A DNA stretch of 64,000 nucleotides from Vicugna vicugna (taxonomy: Eukaryota), in the NCBI GenBank assembly GCA_013265495.1, contig MU057809.1, positions 1,353,062 through 1,417,061 on the forward strand, in the 5' to 3' direction. A model generated the notes under the pieces. It did not search any database. It saw only the letters and a list, made by a program, of their open reading frames with translations, and was not told the origin of the DNA. Made by a program: the position numbers and the translations under genes. Shown here in pieces: positions 45,984 through 55,759 of this stretch (position 1 is its first letter; every line of letters begins with the position of its first letter).

Positions 45984-47151
45984 CTGAAAGAAAGCAGAGA
46001 CCGCGTAAAGCAGGCGGAGGCTTCCCCAGCAGCCAGCATGTCCCCGCCAGGGAGCACCGGCGTCCCCGGTGTGCTCAGAAGCGCCGGGCTGGTAGGCTAA
46101 CCCGCCCAGACTAGGCAGAGCCTGAGCAAAGGGAGACAGAGTGCAGGGAGGCCCCGACACGGGCAGCGCAGCCCCAGCACAGACAGGTGTACCGACTGAG
46201 ACCCGCACTGAGGGCGCCCACCGGCCGTCCCCACGCCGGGGCGGGACTTGGGGGTGAGGCAGAGGGCAGGGGCGGCAGGACTGGCCTGTCTGGGAGAGCG
46301 CTCCCCCGACAGCCGGGGTGCCCCTTCCATGCCTCCTTCCCCCATCCGTGTCGCACTGGACAGAGAGCCCTCTCACCCCCTGCCAGTGGGCGCACTGGAC
46401 TGCTGCATGCAGGCCGAGCTTCCCCTGGGAGACTGGTTCGCATCCCTGCTCCTCCCGGGAGCATCGCGGGCCCCCGTCCTCAGTGGCGTGGAGGGAGGAC
46501 TGAGCTCTGCAGAGCCCCTCATCTCAGCCAGCAGGCCCAGGAAGCCGCCCTGGAGTCCTGGGAGCAAGGGGAGGCTTGCTGGCGGATTTCCGCTGTGCTG
46601 CGCTGTGCGCTGGGGTGAGGCTAGAATTCCACCTGCTCCTGCTTCACTGCCCAGCACAGCTTTCCAAACAAACCCCAGGAGGCCGGGTTGGGGCACCAGT
46701 GTGCCTGTGACCCGGGCCCTGCCCACGCCCGCTGCCCAATCTCCGTCAGGCTGGCTCCCAGCCCCGGGGCCGTCGGCCAGGACTGGGCACAGTTCTGAGC
46801 CGCAGCTGCAAGGTCTCCTTTCTCACACCTCGGTCACTTCCACCTACGACACTGCCTACGTCACCGAGCTCTGCTCCGACCCCTGGCATGTCAGGGTTTG
46901 GGGGCTGGGGGTTGCAGGCCAAAGCCAAATGCAGGACAGGAACTTTCATTAGCTTCAGATGTACTCTGCTCATAACATTTTAAATTATAATCCCAGTTAT
47001 TCAGATCCAGCTGAGGCCTTGGGACTTTTCAAACGCCGAGCAGCATTTGGAATTGGGGATCTGGCCCTCAGCGCAGCGTTTGTGGGGGAACCGTGTGTAA
47101 GGGGAAGTGGCCAGCCCTGCCCGGCGGCCACTGCCACCCCTGCGCACTCAC

Positions 47152-47208
47152 CGCACTCAGCTTCTCAGGGTCAGAGTCAAAGGTGATCGCAGACAGACTG
47201 TCATCTCC
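47152..47208 (-). CDS. IQCE: IQCE exon 2 (GDDSLSAITFDSDPEK+LSA), extended 9 nt by donor shift
   Basis: Acceptor ttcctccag. The 48-nt homologous core ends at 47161 and is followed by CT. The first GT donor (gtgagt) follows 47152. Confidence 0.85.
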
Positions 47209-47467
47209 CTGGAGGAACAGATCAGACAGTGAAACCTTCAGGCACCAGTTGGCTCCACAGTCACGCTCAGAGCAGAATCAGCCCCGCCGTGCTGCTGACG
47301 CAGGACCCCAAAACTCAGCTCAAGGAGACAGCATATTCAGAGCAGGCAGCGGCCAGTGTGTTCCATCGCGCCTGAAGGAACGAGTGGGGACACAAAACCA
47401 GACTGTGGGCCGGGCTGCTCCAGGCCTGTCAATCTAGCAACATCATTCCACACATGACAAAATATCC

Positions 47468-47695
47468 TTTTTAAAAATTTTTTAAATTAAGGTATAGTTG
47501 GTTTACAATATTGTGTTAGTTTCAGGTGAACAGCAAAGTGATTCAGTTACATGTTCATCTTCAGGTTCTCTTCCACTATAGGTTCTTCCACTACACTGAA
47601 TGCAGTTCCCTGTGTGCTACGGGAGGACCTTGCTGATTATCTGTTTGTGTATCTGCTAACTCTTAATTGACCCCTCCCCCTCCATTTCATCTTTG
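47468..47695 (-). mobile_element. L1 3' terminus, cetartiodactyl-type
   Basis: T-rich tail followed by aaggtatagttggtttacaatattgtgttagtttcaggtgaacagcaaagtgattcagtta. Confidence 0.85.
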
Positions 47696-48376
47696 CGTCA
47701 AAGCACAGGAATCTGCGACTGCACCCTGGTGAGGACAAATCGAAGTCCCACGCACACCCACCCACGCGGGCGCTGTCTGGGCATCCAGAGGGTCCTGCCT
47801 TCTGGCTCCAGGGAGCTGCCCTGGCCCGGTGAGCAAAATGGAATCTGCACTGTCTGACGTCAGTACTTGTGTGTCAGCGAGGGAAGGGAACCTTCCCAGG
47901 AGAGTCGTGTGTCTGTGTTAGGCCGCACTGTGACACGGACAGGGGCGGCCGTAATGTCGGACACCCTCCAGCATGCCTCCCAAACAAGGAGGGTCCAGAT
48001 AAAGGTGCGGAGTGACTGCATTTGGGTTACGAGGGGACGGCAGTCCATTCCAAATAAACAAGACTCTAAAAAAACCAGCCACTGAATTAGATTTTTGACA
48101 TCATTAAATAGGTGGTATTTTAAGGTATAAATAGGCAATGACAATTACAGAGAGCAGTTTTCATTTAACGAAGTACATGAGAACGGTGTGCAAAATCCAG
48201 GAAGCAAGGCAGGGAACTGCGAACAGATCACGTGGGAGACGAGGGAAGCAAGGTGGTAACTGAGCGCAGGCCCCTGGCCTCACAAAGGACGTGCCCGCCG
48301 GCCATGGAGGCCAACTGTTGAAACCACACAGAAAAGTAGCAAAACTTTCTTTTGTGAAGGCTTGTCACTATTTCTT

Positions 48377-48504
48377 TTTTGGGAGGAGGGGGTGTTAATT
48401 AACTTTATTTATTTTCTTCGAGTGGCGGTACTGGGGATTGAACCCAGGACCTCGTGCCTGCTAAGCATGTGCTCTACTGCTGAGCTACAACCACCCCTCC
48501 CCAT
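48377..48504 (-). mobile_element. Camelid tRNA-Ala-derived SINE (Vic-1 type) with perfect 10-bp target-site duplication
   Basis: Reverse complement of the tRNA-Ala-like head (gtactggggattgaacccaggacctcgtgcctgctaagcatgtgctctac). actatttctt occurs at 48367-48376 and 48505-48514. Confidence 0.9.
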
Positions 48505-50459
48505 ACTATTTCTTGTTCTGAATAAAGTCCTGATAACTTCCAGAAGGAACCAAGGAAGTAAAATATAGTCAGTATCTGAAATCACAGAACAACCCAAGAC
48601 CTACCCCTTCAGTCAGCAGAGTGAAAGAGGCCATACACAGTATGAAAAAAGCAAAGAAACACATTAAGGGCCAATTCATTCTCCCTTCTCCAAGCACCAT
48701 CCGGCACCACCCCCTCCACCGTGGGACCTGCGCAGGCGTGTCACTCCAGGGAAACGGTGCTGCCCCTGCTGTGCAGTGGCCCAGACGTCCTCCCCAGGGG
48801 AAGAGGCGGGCGGACAGCTGTGCCTAGGGGACTGGCTATGTACCAGGGACTGGAGCGCTCCGCCCCTCCCTGATTCCACTGCCAGGTCGCAGACACCGTG
48901 AGCAGCCATCACGCGCCCCCGACCCCGCTCCATGACCACAGCAGCAGGAACGCCCACCGGCAGAGCTACCAAGAGCTTAAGAGCCGAAAGAGCAGAGGCG
49001 CCTTCCCAAGGTCGCGGTGGGCCCTGCCTATCAGGGAGGTGCCTGCGGGCACTGGGGTGCCCCCACTTGGAACGGGCTTGGGCAGACTCAGAAACAGCCC
49101 CCACGCTGCACCCAGATCAACCGGAGGGCACGAGCCCTGTGGCGCTGGGGCTGCCCAGACCCTGGCTGAATGACAAGCCACCCCGACCCAAGAGCAGGTC
49201 CCAGGAAGCCAGGCTTACAAGCACGGCGACACACATCCCAGGAGGTCCGGAGGACGCCGCTCAGGTCCAAGGCTGCGCTCTCGGGAGAGATGCGAGGGGG
49301 AAACCATGCACTAGTCCCTGGTTGCACGGGGCAAAAAGGTAACCCCTGAACCATGATAGTGTCCTCCACAACACAGACGCACACACATGCACACAGTGGT
49401 TCAGGGCAAAAGTCTGACTGGCCCAGGGGCCGAAACACCACCTCTGGCCAAAAAGTGGCTTCTGCTAACCCAAGAGTAACCCCTAAGTAGTCGGGCTAAA
49501 AGATTTAAAGAAAAAATCTGAGTGGGGAATCAGAGGCCGCACCAACACACGATGCGGGGAAATCGACTTCACAGGGTTAGCTCAGCCATGTCACTCGCCA
49601 AGTGAACGAACCCCCCAGCAAACCACACCAACTCCCCAGGGAGGCGCTGCTGTAACGTACGACCTAAATGTCCAGTCAACAAACAGCCGAGACACACAGA
49701 GAAACGGGCAAGCGTGATGACTACGTGGGGGAAGGGCAGGCAACGGAAGCCACTTCTGAAGCCTCAGACGATGGGCTTGGCGCACAAAGGCTTTAGAGCA
49801 GTGTCATTGTGAGGCTGGAGGAGGACTCAGGAGGCAGGAGGGCACGGTGGCTATAAGCAGGAGGTCCAGAGGGGGACCTGAGCAGCAGAGCAGGTGACAC
49901 AGAACCCTAGAAGCTTTTATTATATTATATTATATTGCTCTAGAAACTGTGAGCCCTGTCGTAAGTGCTGGCTCACAAATACTGGTGACAGTGCCCAGGC
50001 TCCACGTAACGCCTGTGGGCCAGTAAGGCCAGCTTACAGCCATGGCATAGCGGGCTCCCCGGCACCACGGAAAGTGCTCCATGAAGTTCACGAGCAAGCC
50101 CAGAGGTGACTCTGTGCCAAGGGACTTGTGGGACTGGACAGACTGGACAGTGCCTGCCCTCAGGCGGTTCCTGCCTGCTTTAGAAAAGCTCTGAACTTAG
50201 CAGAGAAACCACCAGTTAGCCTGGGCCAAGGGCTGCGAGTCTCCTAAATGCCCAGAGAGCCCTGCACCAGTCTCTTCCACAAGACTGAACTCGAGACCAT
50301 GGCACGGGTGCTCAGCTTTTCCTTGCGTCCTCAGAGCCTAGCACATTTAACTAGAGCTTACATTGCATATTGACAGCAGCATTACTTCCAGCACAACCTG
50401 GAAAACAAAAGAGTAAAAGCAGGGAAGTGGACAGAAAAAAGAGGAGTATCCAGAGCTTA

Positions 50460-50715
50460 GAGTTTTAAAAATCATGTTTTTGAAAATACATGGGTATGGG
50501 AGGATGCCAACAATGAATTAAACGGCAAAGGTCACTAAACAATATAAATACGATCTCAGTTATTGAAAAGCACGTGGGAAAAAGAAGGAGGTATTGAAAA
50601 AAGACTGGAAGGAAATGCACCGAACAGTAACTGTGGTTTTCTGTAGGGAGTTAGATGGTGGGTAACTGATTTTCCAAATCTTCTCTAACGGGCATGAGTA
50701 ACTTTCACAATCACT
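50460..50715 (+). mobile_element. L1ME-type 3' end remnant
   Basis: aaaaagactggaaggaaatgcaccgaacagtaactgtggtt and ccaaatcttctctaacgggcatgagtaactttcacaat. Confidence 0.6.
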
Positions 50716-50934
50716 ACGTGAGAGGTTACTTTTCAAAGATGAAGGAGCAGTAACTGAGGCCAGCGCAGACAGGCGGGCCTTCTAGATGAGGCAGGACTTG
50801 GCGCCCTGAGGGACAAGTAGGCAGAGTCAGCAGCTCTGGGTGGCCAGCAGCACTGAGCCTCTACTAGGGGTGAGCTTTGCGCAGCCCTGCTGGGTACTGC
50901 CATCTCCCGGAGAAGGAAGCAAAGCGAGCCAGTT

Positions 50935-51425
50935 CCCTCTGTCTGGAGCCCTCCAAAAGCTTCCCACTGTGGCCAGAATAAATTCAAACTCCAAGCGTGG
51001 CCTGCAGCTCTCACAGTCAGGCCCATGCCTCCCTTCCACTCACGTACTGTCCCCACAACGAGATCTCAACAAGCGTTCTTTCAGGCCTTGGAACCACTTC
51101 ACTTTTCCACCTCAGGACCTTTGCACTTGCTGGTCCCGCTGCTCTGAGATCTTCTCAGATGGGAAGACTGCCTCCTTCTCATCAGTGACATTCAGGGTCA
51201 GAGTGGCTGTCCCCAGCACCCAATCTGGAGCAGCCTCCCCGACCCACCCCGGTTACATGCCTGCTTTATTTTCTCCAGGGCACTCTCCACTTTCCCACTT
51301 GATCTACATGATCTGCTTTTTGTCGTACTTTCCCCCTCAACCCCGCCCCCCGCCAGTGGAATGTAGTATACTCATCCAGTGATAGCTCCAGCAGATGGTT
51401 TGCGCGCCAGAAACACTTGATAAAG
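50935..51425 (+). mobile_element. L2 LINE remnant
   Basis: ctccaaaagcttcccactg..agaataaattcaaactcc, cctcaggacctttgcacttgctggtccc, ctgctttattttctcca. Confidence 0.75.
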
Positions 51426-51917
51426 GAAGAGCTAAGAGCCGGCTTGCCCGGACCCGGGGGATGTAAGCCTGGGGGGCACCTCCTCCGGAAGGACTTCTCT
51501 GATCAGTGCTGGTCAGGGCCCTGCTCCCGGAGCCTGGGGCTTCCTCCCTCACACCCGGCACGGCTCGGGCCGGTCGCCCCGTCCGACGTCCCCTGCCCTG
51601 GAGGCACGGGGGGTGGGGCGGGCACTTACACAGTGAGCTCCGTCACCCCGCGGGCCGCGATCGCAGGCTCGGCACAGGCCCGGCCTCGCAGGCGCCGAGC
51701 GGCGAGGGCGCAGCGTCCGGGAGGGCTTCCTGGAAGTGGCGGCCAGTGCCAGGGCGAGCGGGGACTAGAGGCGGCTGGAGGCTGGGCGAGGGGCGGCGGC
51801 GCCGGACCAGCCGCACGCGGGCGGGGGCCGGAGGTCCGCTCTTGTGCGGTAACAATAATGGCAGCTGTCACCCGGCGAGGGGAGGCAGCGAGGGGCCCGC
51901 CCGCCCGCCGCGCTTAC

Positions 51918-51953
51918 CGTCTCCGAGGCCGGCTCCCCGGTGCCCAGCGACAT
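51918..51953 (-). CDS. IQCE: IQCE exon 1 coding part (MSLGTGEPASET)
   Basis: 36 nt, Kozak gccgccATG, donor gtaagc. Human equivalent MFLGTGEPALDT. Confidence 0.95.
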
Positions 51954-52071
51954 GGCGGCGGCGCTGCCCGATCGCCCCCGGCCGCTGCGGCGCGGCCGTC
52001 CGTTTCCCGGGCTCCGCCGGCCGCCCGCCTGCCGCAGCCTCCGGGCCAGCCCGCGCGCCCGCCGCGCCCCC

Positions 52072-52085
52072 GCTGCCATGGCAAC
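52072..52085. promoter_or_regulatory. RFX X-box GCTGCCATGGCAAC
   Basis: 13/14 match to the palindromic X-box GTTGCCATGGCAAC, 119 bp upstream of the IQCE ATG. X-boxes are characteristic of ciliary gene promoters. Confidence 0.75.
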
Positions 52086-52479
52086 CGCGCCGGCCGCCGA
52101 GTCCCGGATGTGGCCGCGTCGGGCCGACCGTGCGCGTGCGACGCGACCCCCGCGGGCCGACAGACCGCGCGCGCGGAGAGCGGGGCGGGGCTGGCGCGGC
52201 GCCGCCGGCTCCAACGCTGCCCTGCGAGGCCGTGTGTCACCGGAGTCGGACACTAAAAACAAGTATTTATTAGGCTAACATTGAAAGGGACAAGGGGCTT
52301 GTGCAGTGTGCACAGGCTACGAGCTCTGAATGCCTGGCGTTCAGAAAACCATCTTAGGCCCAAGGGTTCTGATATAGCCACAGGACAATAAAAAATAATT
52401 GTTTGCTTTCACTGCACTCAGTGTGCATCATGACCATCTTTAGGAACGTTAAGCTGCAAAGTTCACTTAAGTTATTAGC

Positions 52480-53190
52480 AAGCATAATCTGCCCTTTGTC
52501 TTCAGAATGGCCTCCAAGGGCATCGACTCTGTCCTCTTACCCTGCTTTATTTTTCCCGCCCCTGACCTTTATTATCTACAAGAACATCCCACGACTAGAA
52601 TGGAAGCTCTCTGGGTCAGGGTTTTGTTTCGTTCTCGGCTGTATCTCCGTCCCTTGGAACAAGGTCTGACACATAGCAAGTGCTCAGTCAATAGATATTT
52701 GGCACCTGGCAAGTCATATAACTTCTCTGTGCCTGTGTCCTCAGATATAAAATGGAGAAAAGGGTTGTTGTGGGGCGCAAGCGAGTTGATATCTCTGAAG
52801 TGCTTAGTGCGGTTGCCCGGTCCAGAGTGAGCGCAGCGTGACAGTGTGCATACTGTTACTTGGTGAATGAGTCTGTACGTGGGGTAGCAAGGTGTAGAGG
52901 GAGGAACGCCTGGGAGGTTATTACTGTGCTACTTTTAGCACTACGATTACCTTCCATGTCCCTCTTTTCCTCAGTTTCCTCATCTGTACAACAAAGGGGG
53001 TGAACCAGATTGTAGCCCAAGGCTGTCTCCCTGCAAGCAGGGAAGACTGAGCTGGTGAGTGGTCAGCAGCCCAGGCTTAGCCTCACCGTCGTCACCTTGT
53101 CTGCAAAGTGGACAGTTTTCAGGGCTTTTGTTGGCACTGGAGGAGATAACAGAGATGAAATTCAGCATGGTGCCTGGCACATGATAGCAC
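52480..53190 (+). mobile_element. Cluster of L2 and MIR fragments between the IQCE and BRAT1 promoters
   Basis: ccctgctttatttttccc..gactagaatggaagctc..acacatagcaagtgctcagtcaata (L2). ggcaagtcatataacttctctgtgcctgtgtcctc and ctcagtttcctcatctgtacaa (MIR). Confidence 0.7.
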
Positions 53191-53679
53191 CTCAGAAAAC
53201 AGAAGCTGCCGGGTGACGCTTTGCCACCGGTCCAATTACCTGAATGGTATTTAAAACAGTAAAATTTTATTTGTTCTGAAATTATCCACTTCGCTCACTG
53301 GCGCTCCTCTGCTCTGAGAAGCCGTGTCTCCTGAGCCGGGTCAGGTAGAGTCTGACCCCCAAGTTCTGGTTCCTCATTTTTCATCTTCTGTGATGCACCC
53401 TAAGAGAAAAGGACTCCCGTGCCCTCCTTTGAGCTCCCACCAGAATTGTTTCTAAGAGATGAGTGTTATCCGCCTCTCACCTGCTTAACAAATCCCATTC
53501 ACTTCCCCAGGTCTTGTCCACGTGGCACAGGAGTGCTTTCACCACCGGAACTGCCTGTTTAGAAGTACCTCTTGCTCCTCTCCCACTCCCGGGGGCTCCT
53601 CAAAGTCCCTACCTCTCCTGCTTCTGTTGTTTCACTTACTTTCTCTTCTTTAATTACACATAGTTTTGGTTTCTGAATG

Positions 53680-54123
53680 TCCATGGTCCACTTACAATTT
53701 TTTGACTTTACGATGGTGCAAGAGTAATACACATTCAGTAGAAAGTGTACTTGGAATTTTGAAGTTTGGTTTTTTTCCCAGGCTGGCAGTGCGTGGTAGG
53801 TTACTCCCTCGTGATGCTAGCAGCGGCGTGACGGTGGGCAGTGGCGGGGAGCCGCAGATCCCAGTCCGCCGTGCAGTCATGAGGGGAAACAACTGTACAC
53901 TCACAGCCATTCCGCTTTTCCCTTTCAGTACAGTAGTCCATCAGTTACACGACATATTCAACATTTTATTGTAAAGCAGGCTTTGAGTCAGATGATTTTG
54001 CCCAGCTGAGGGCTAATGTAATTGTTCTGAGCAAGTATAAGGTAGACTAAGCTAAGCTATGATGTTCAGTGGGTTAGGTGCATTAAATGGGATGAGACCC
54101 CACGGTAAGCCGAGGAAGACCTG
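53680..54123 (-). mobile_element. MER47/Tigger5-type DNA transposon remnant
   Basis: acttacaattttttgactttacgatggtgc, gatgattttgcccagctgagggctaatgtaattgttctgagca, gctaagctatgatgttc, and terminal ccccacggtaagccgaggaagacctg. Confidence 0.75.
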
Positions 54124-54179
54124 TTCAGACAGAACACGTGTTCCACCCCGCAGGAACTTTCCTTCGCTGGCTCTAGTAG

Positions 54180-54720
54180 CCTTGGCGAGCTGGCTACGCC
54201 CCTTCGCGCACGGCCACGCCTTCCACCGGAAGCCCCGCCTTGGGCCGCAAAGCCTGCCGGACGCCCAAGCACGTACCATGAGCGTCCCGGTGGGGGTGAT
54301 GGGTCCGGGCGACGGGCTTGGCGCTGGTCTGTCCCCCTCAGCCTGAGCTCGTTCCCCGCGCCTGGGCCCTCTGGGCTCCCAGACTGGCCTCTAGGGGCGC
54401 GTTCGCCGTTCCCCCGCCCGCCGTGTCCGTCCTCGCCCCGTCAGGCTCGGCAGGTGGCGCGGCCCGGGGCGGGGCGTGCGGCGGCTGACGAACGCGAGGC
54501 GGGTGAGGCGCGCGCGGGGGGAGGGGTTGTGGTCTCTGTGGCCAGGCCGGGGTTGGGGGTCGGGGTCAGGGCCGGGGAGCACGAGGACCCCGCGTGCGCG
54601 GCCTGGGCGCGACCTGGTGGGGGGCGGTCCGCAGGGAGGGCGCCCTCCTCCGCAAGGGCTCAGCCTGGCCGGAGATGGACAGACGGACGACCCAGCCCGG
54701 GCAGGCCTGCTCCTGACTCC
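54180..54720 (+). promoter_or_regulatory. BRAT1: BRAT1 CpG island/promoter with probable non-coding exon 1 (donor cgg|gtgagg after 54502)
   Basis: CpG-rich, with an ETS site accggaag (54225-54232) next to GC boxes. The transcription start cannot be fixed from sequence. Confidence 0.7.
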
Positions 54721-55346
54721 GGCACACAGACTCCCTGGCCAGCCCCACTCTCGCGAGAGCCCCTCTGACCACAGGACAGACGGGCTCCCGGGTCCCCTCC
54801 CAGGCCGGACACAAGTGACTTGCCGGCCGGGAGGCACCGGCAGTGAGTGGGCAGAGAGCCTTCTCCGCGCAGACTGCTGGCGGCAGGGTTTCACACCGAC
54901 CCTTGCGTGGGGGAGGGGGCGGACGACAGACAGACACTTCCGGTCTGGACTGAGACGTCTGCCCCTCTACACGTGGCCGGCCCCAGAGCGTGCACGCACC
55001 GCTCCCTCTGGCCCACCTGCAGCCTACCCAGGCCAGCTTCATGCTGTCCTCCCTCCAGAGTCCAAGGCTGGCCGGCTTGGAGCTCCTGAGACCTCACGGT
55101 TTACTCCAGGCTCCCATCTCCGGCACCCTCACTGAGGGCTCTTGCTTGTTTTTGACAACCTCCAGTCCCACCTAAGCTGAGGCTTTACATCCATCCCAGC
55201 AGCTTGGAGTTTCTGTCTGAGAATCTCAGTCATCTGGCCTGAGGTGAAAGTTCTGGGGCCCAGGCAGGCATGGGGGCTGCCGCCGGTGACTAGGGCCTGT
55301 CAGTTCTGGCCCTGACATTTCCTTTGCAGAAACCCCCAGCCTCATC

Positions 55347-55473
55347 ATGGACCCAGAGTGCTCCCGCCTCCTCCCGGCTCTCTGTGCTGTCCTGGTAGAC
55401 CCCAGGCAGCCCGTGGCAGATGACACTTGTTTGGAGAAGCTGCTGGACTGGTTTAAAACAGTAACTGAAGCAG
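55347..55473 (+). CDS. BRAT1: BRAT1 exon 2 coding part (exon starts 55330)
   Basis: Acceptor cctttgcag, catcATGg start, 127 coding nt, donor gtatgg. Confidence 0.97.
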
Positions 55474-55759
55474 GTATGGGTGAGGGTGTCACTGTTGACT
55501 TTCCACAGAGGCCAGACAGTGCAGGGCTGCCCTGTCCTGGGGAAGGGCCGTCCATCTGGTGTCTTTCCTTCTTATCTTCAAGATTCCCCCTGGCTTTGGG
55601 GACATGGCAAACTGAGCCTGATGGGGCTTGGGCTGTAGGCCTCCTGTTTCTCTGGTCACGCTATGCGGCTGCCAAGGGCATGGACAAGCATATTTTGTTG
55701 TTTGCATTGCACTTTTTGTTTGTTTTAAGAAATCAGTTTTTCTTTCTGATTACGTAAGT

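Larger units (their letters stand above)
14083..51953 (-). other. IQCE: IQCE gene span (IQ motif containing E), ATG to stop; 21 of 22 expected coding exons found
   Basis: Spliced translation matches human IQCE as I recall it (MSLGTGEP..., EKEDMYDEIIELKK, YVEWSKPRLLRRI, LQAAFRGHL, EVNSDDSD). Exon sizes and phases agree with the human structure. Confidence 0.97.
51560..52250 (-). promoter_or_regulatory. IQCE: IQCE CpG island / promoter
   Basis: Very high CpG density spanning exon 1; gccgccATG Kozak context. Confidence 0.9.

Noticed and set aside
51417-52273. Several overlapping long ORFs (279, 255, 165 aa) at the IQCE 5' end
   Set aside because: CpG-island artefacts caused by scarcity of stop codons. 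Only the 12 codons at 51918-51953 match IQCE.
54386-54402. CTCF-like motif tggcctctaggggcgc in the BRAT1 island
   Set aside because: One G short in the core relative to the consensus; too weak to call without ChIP data.
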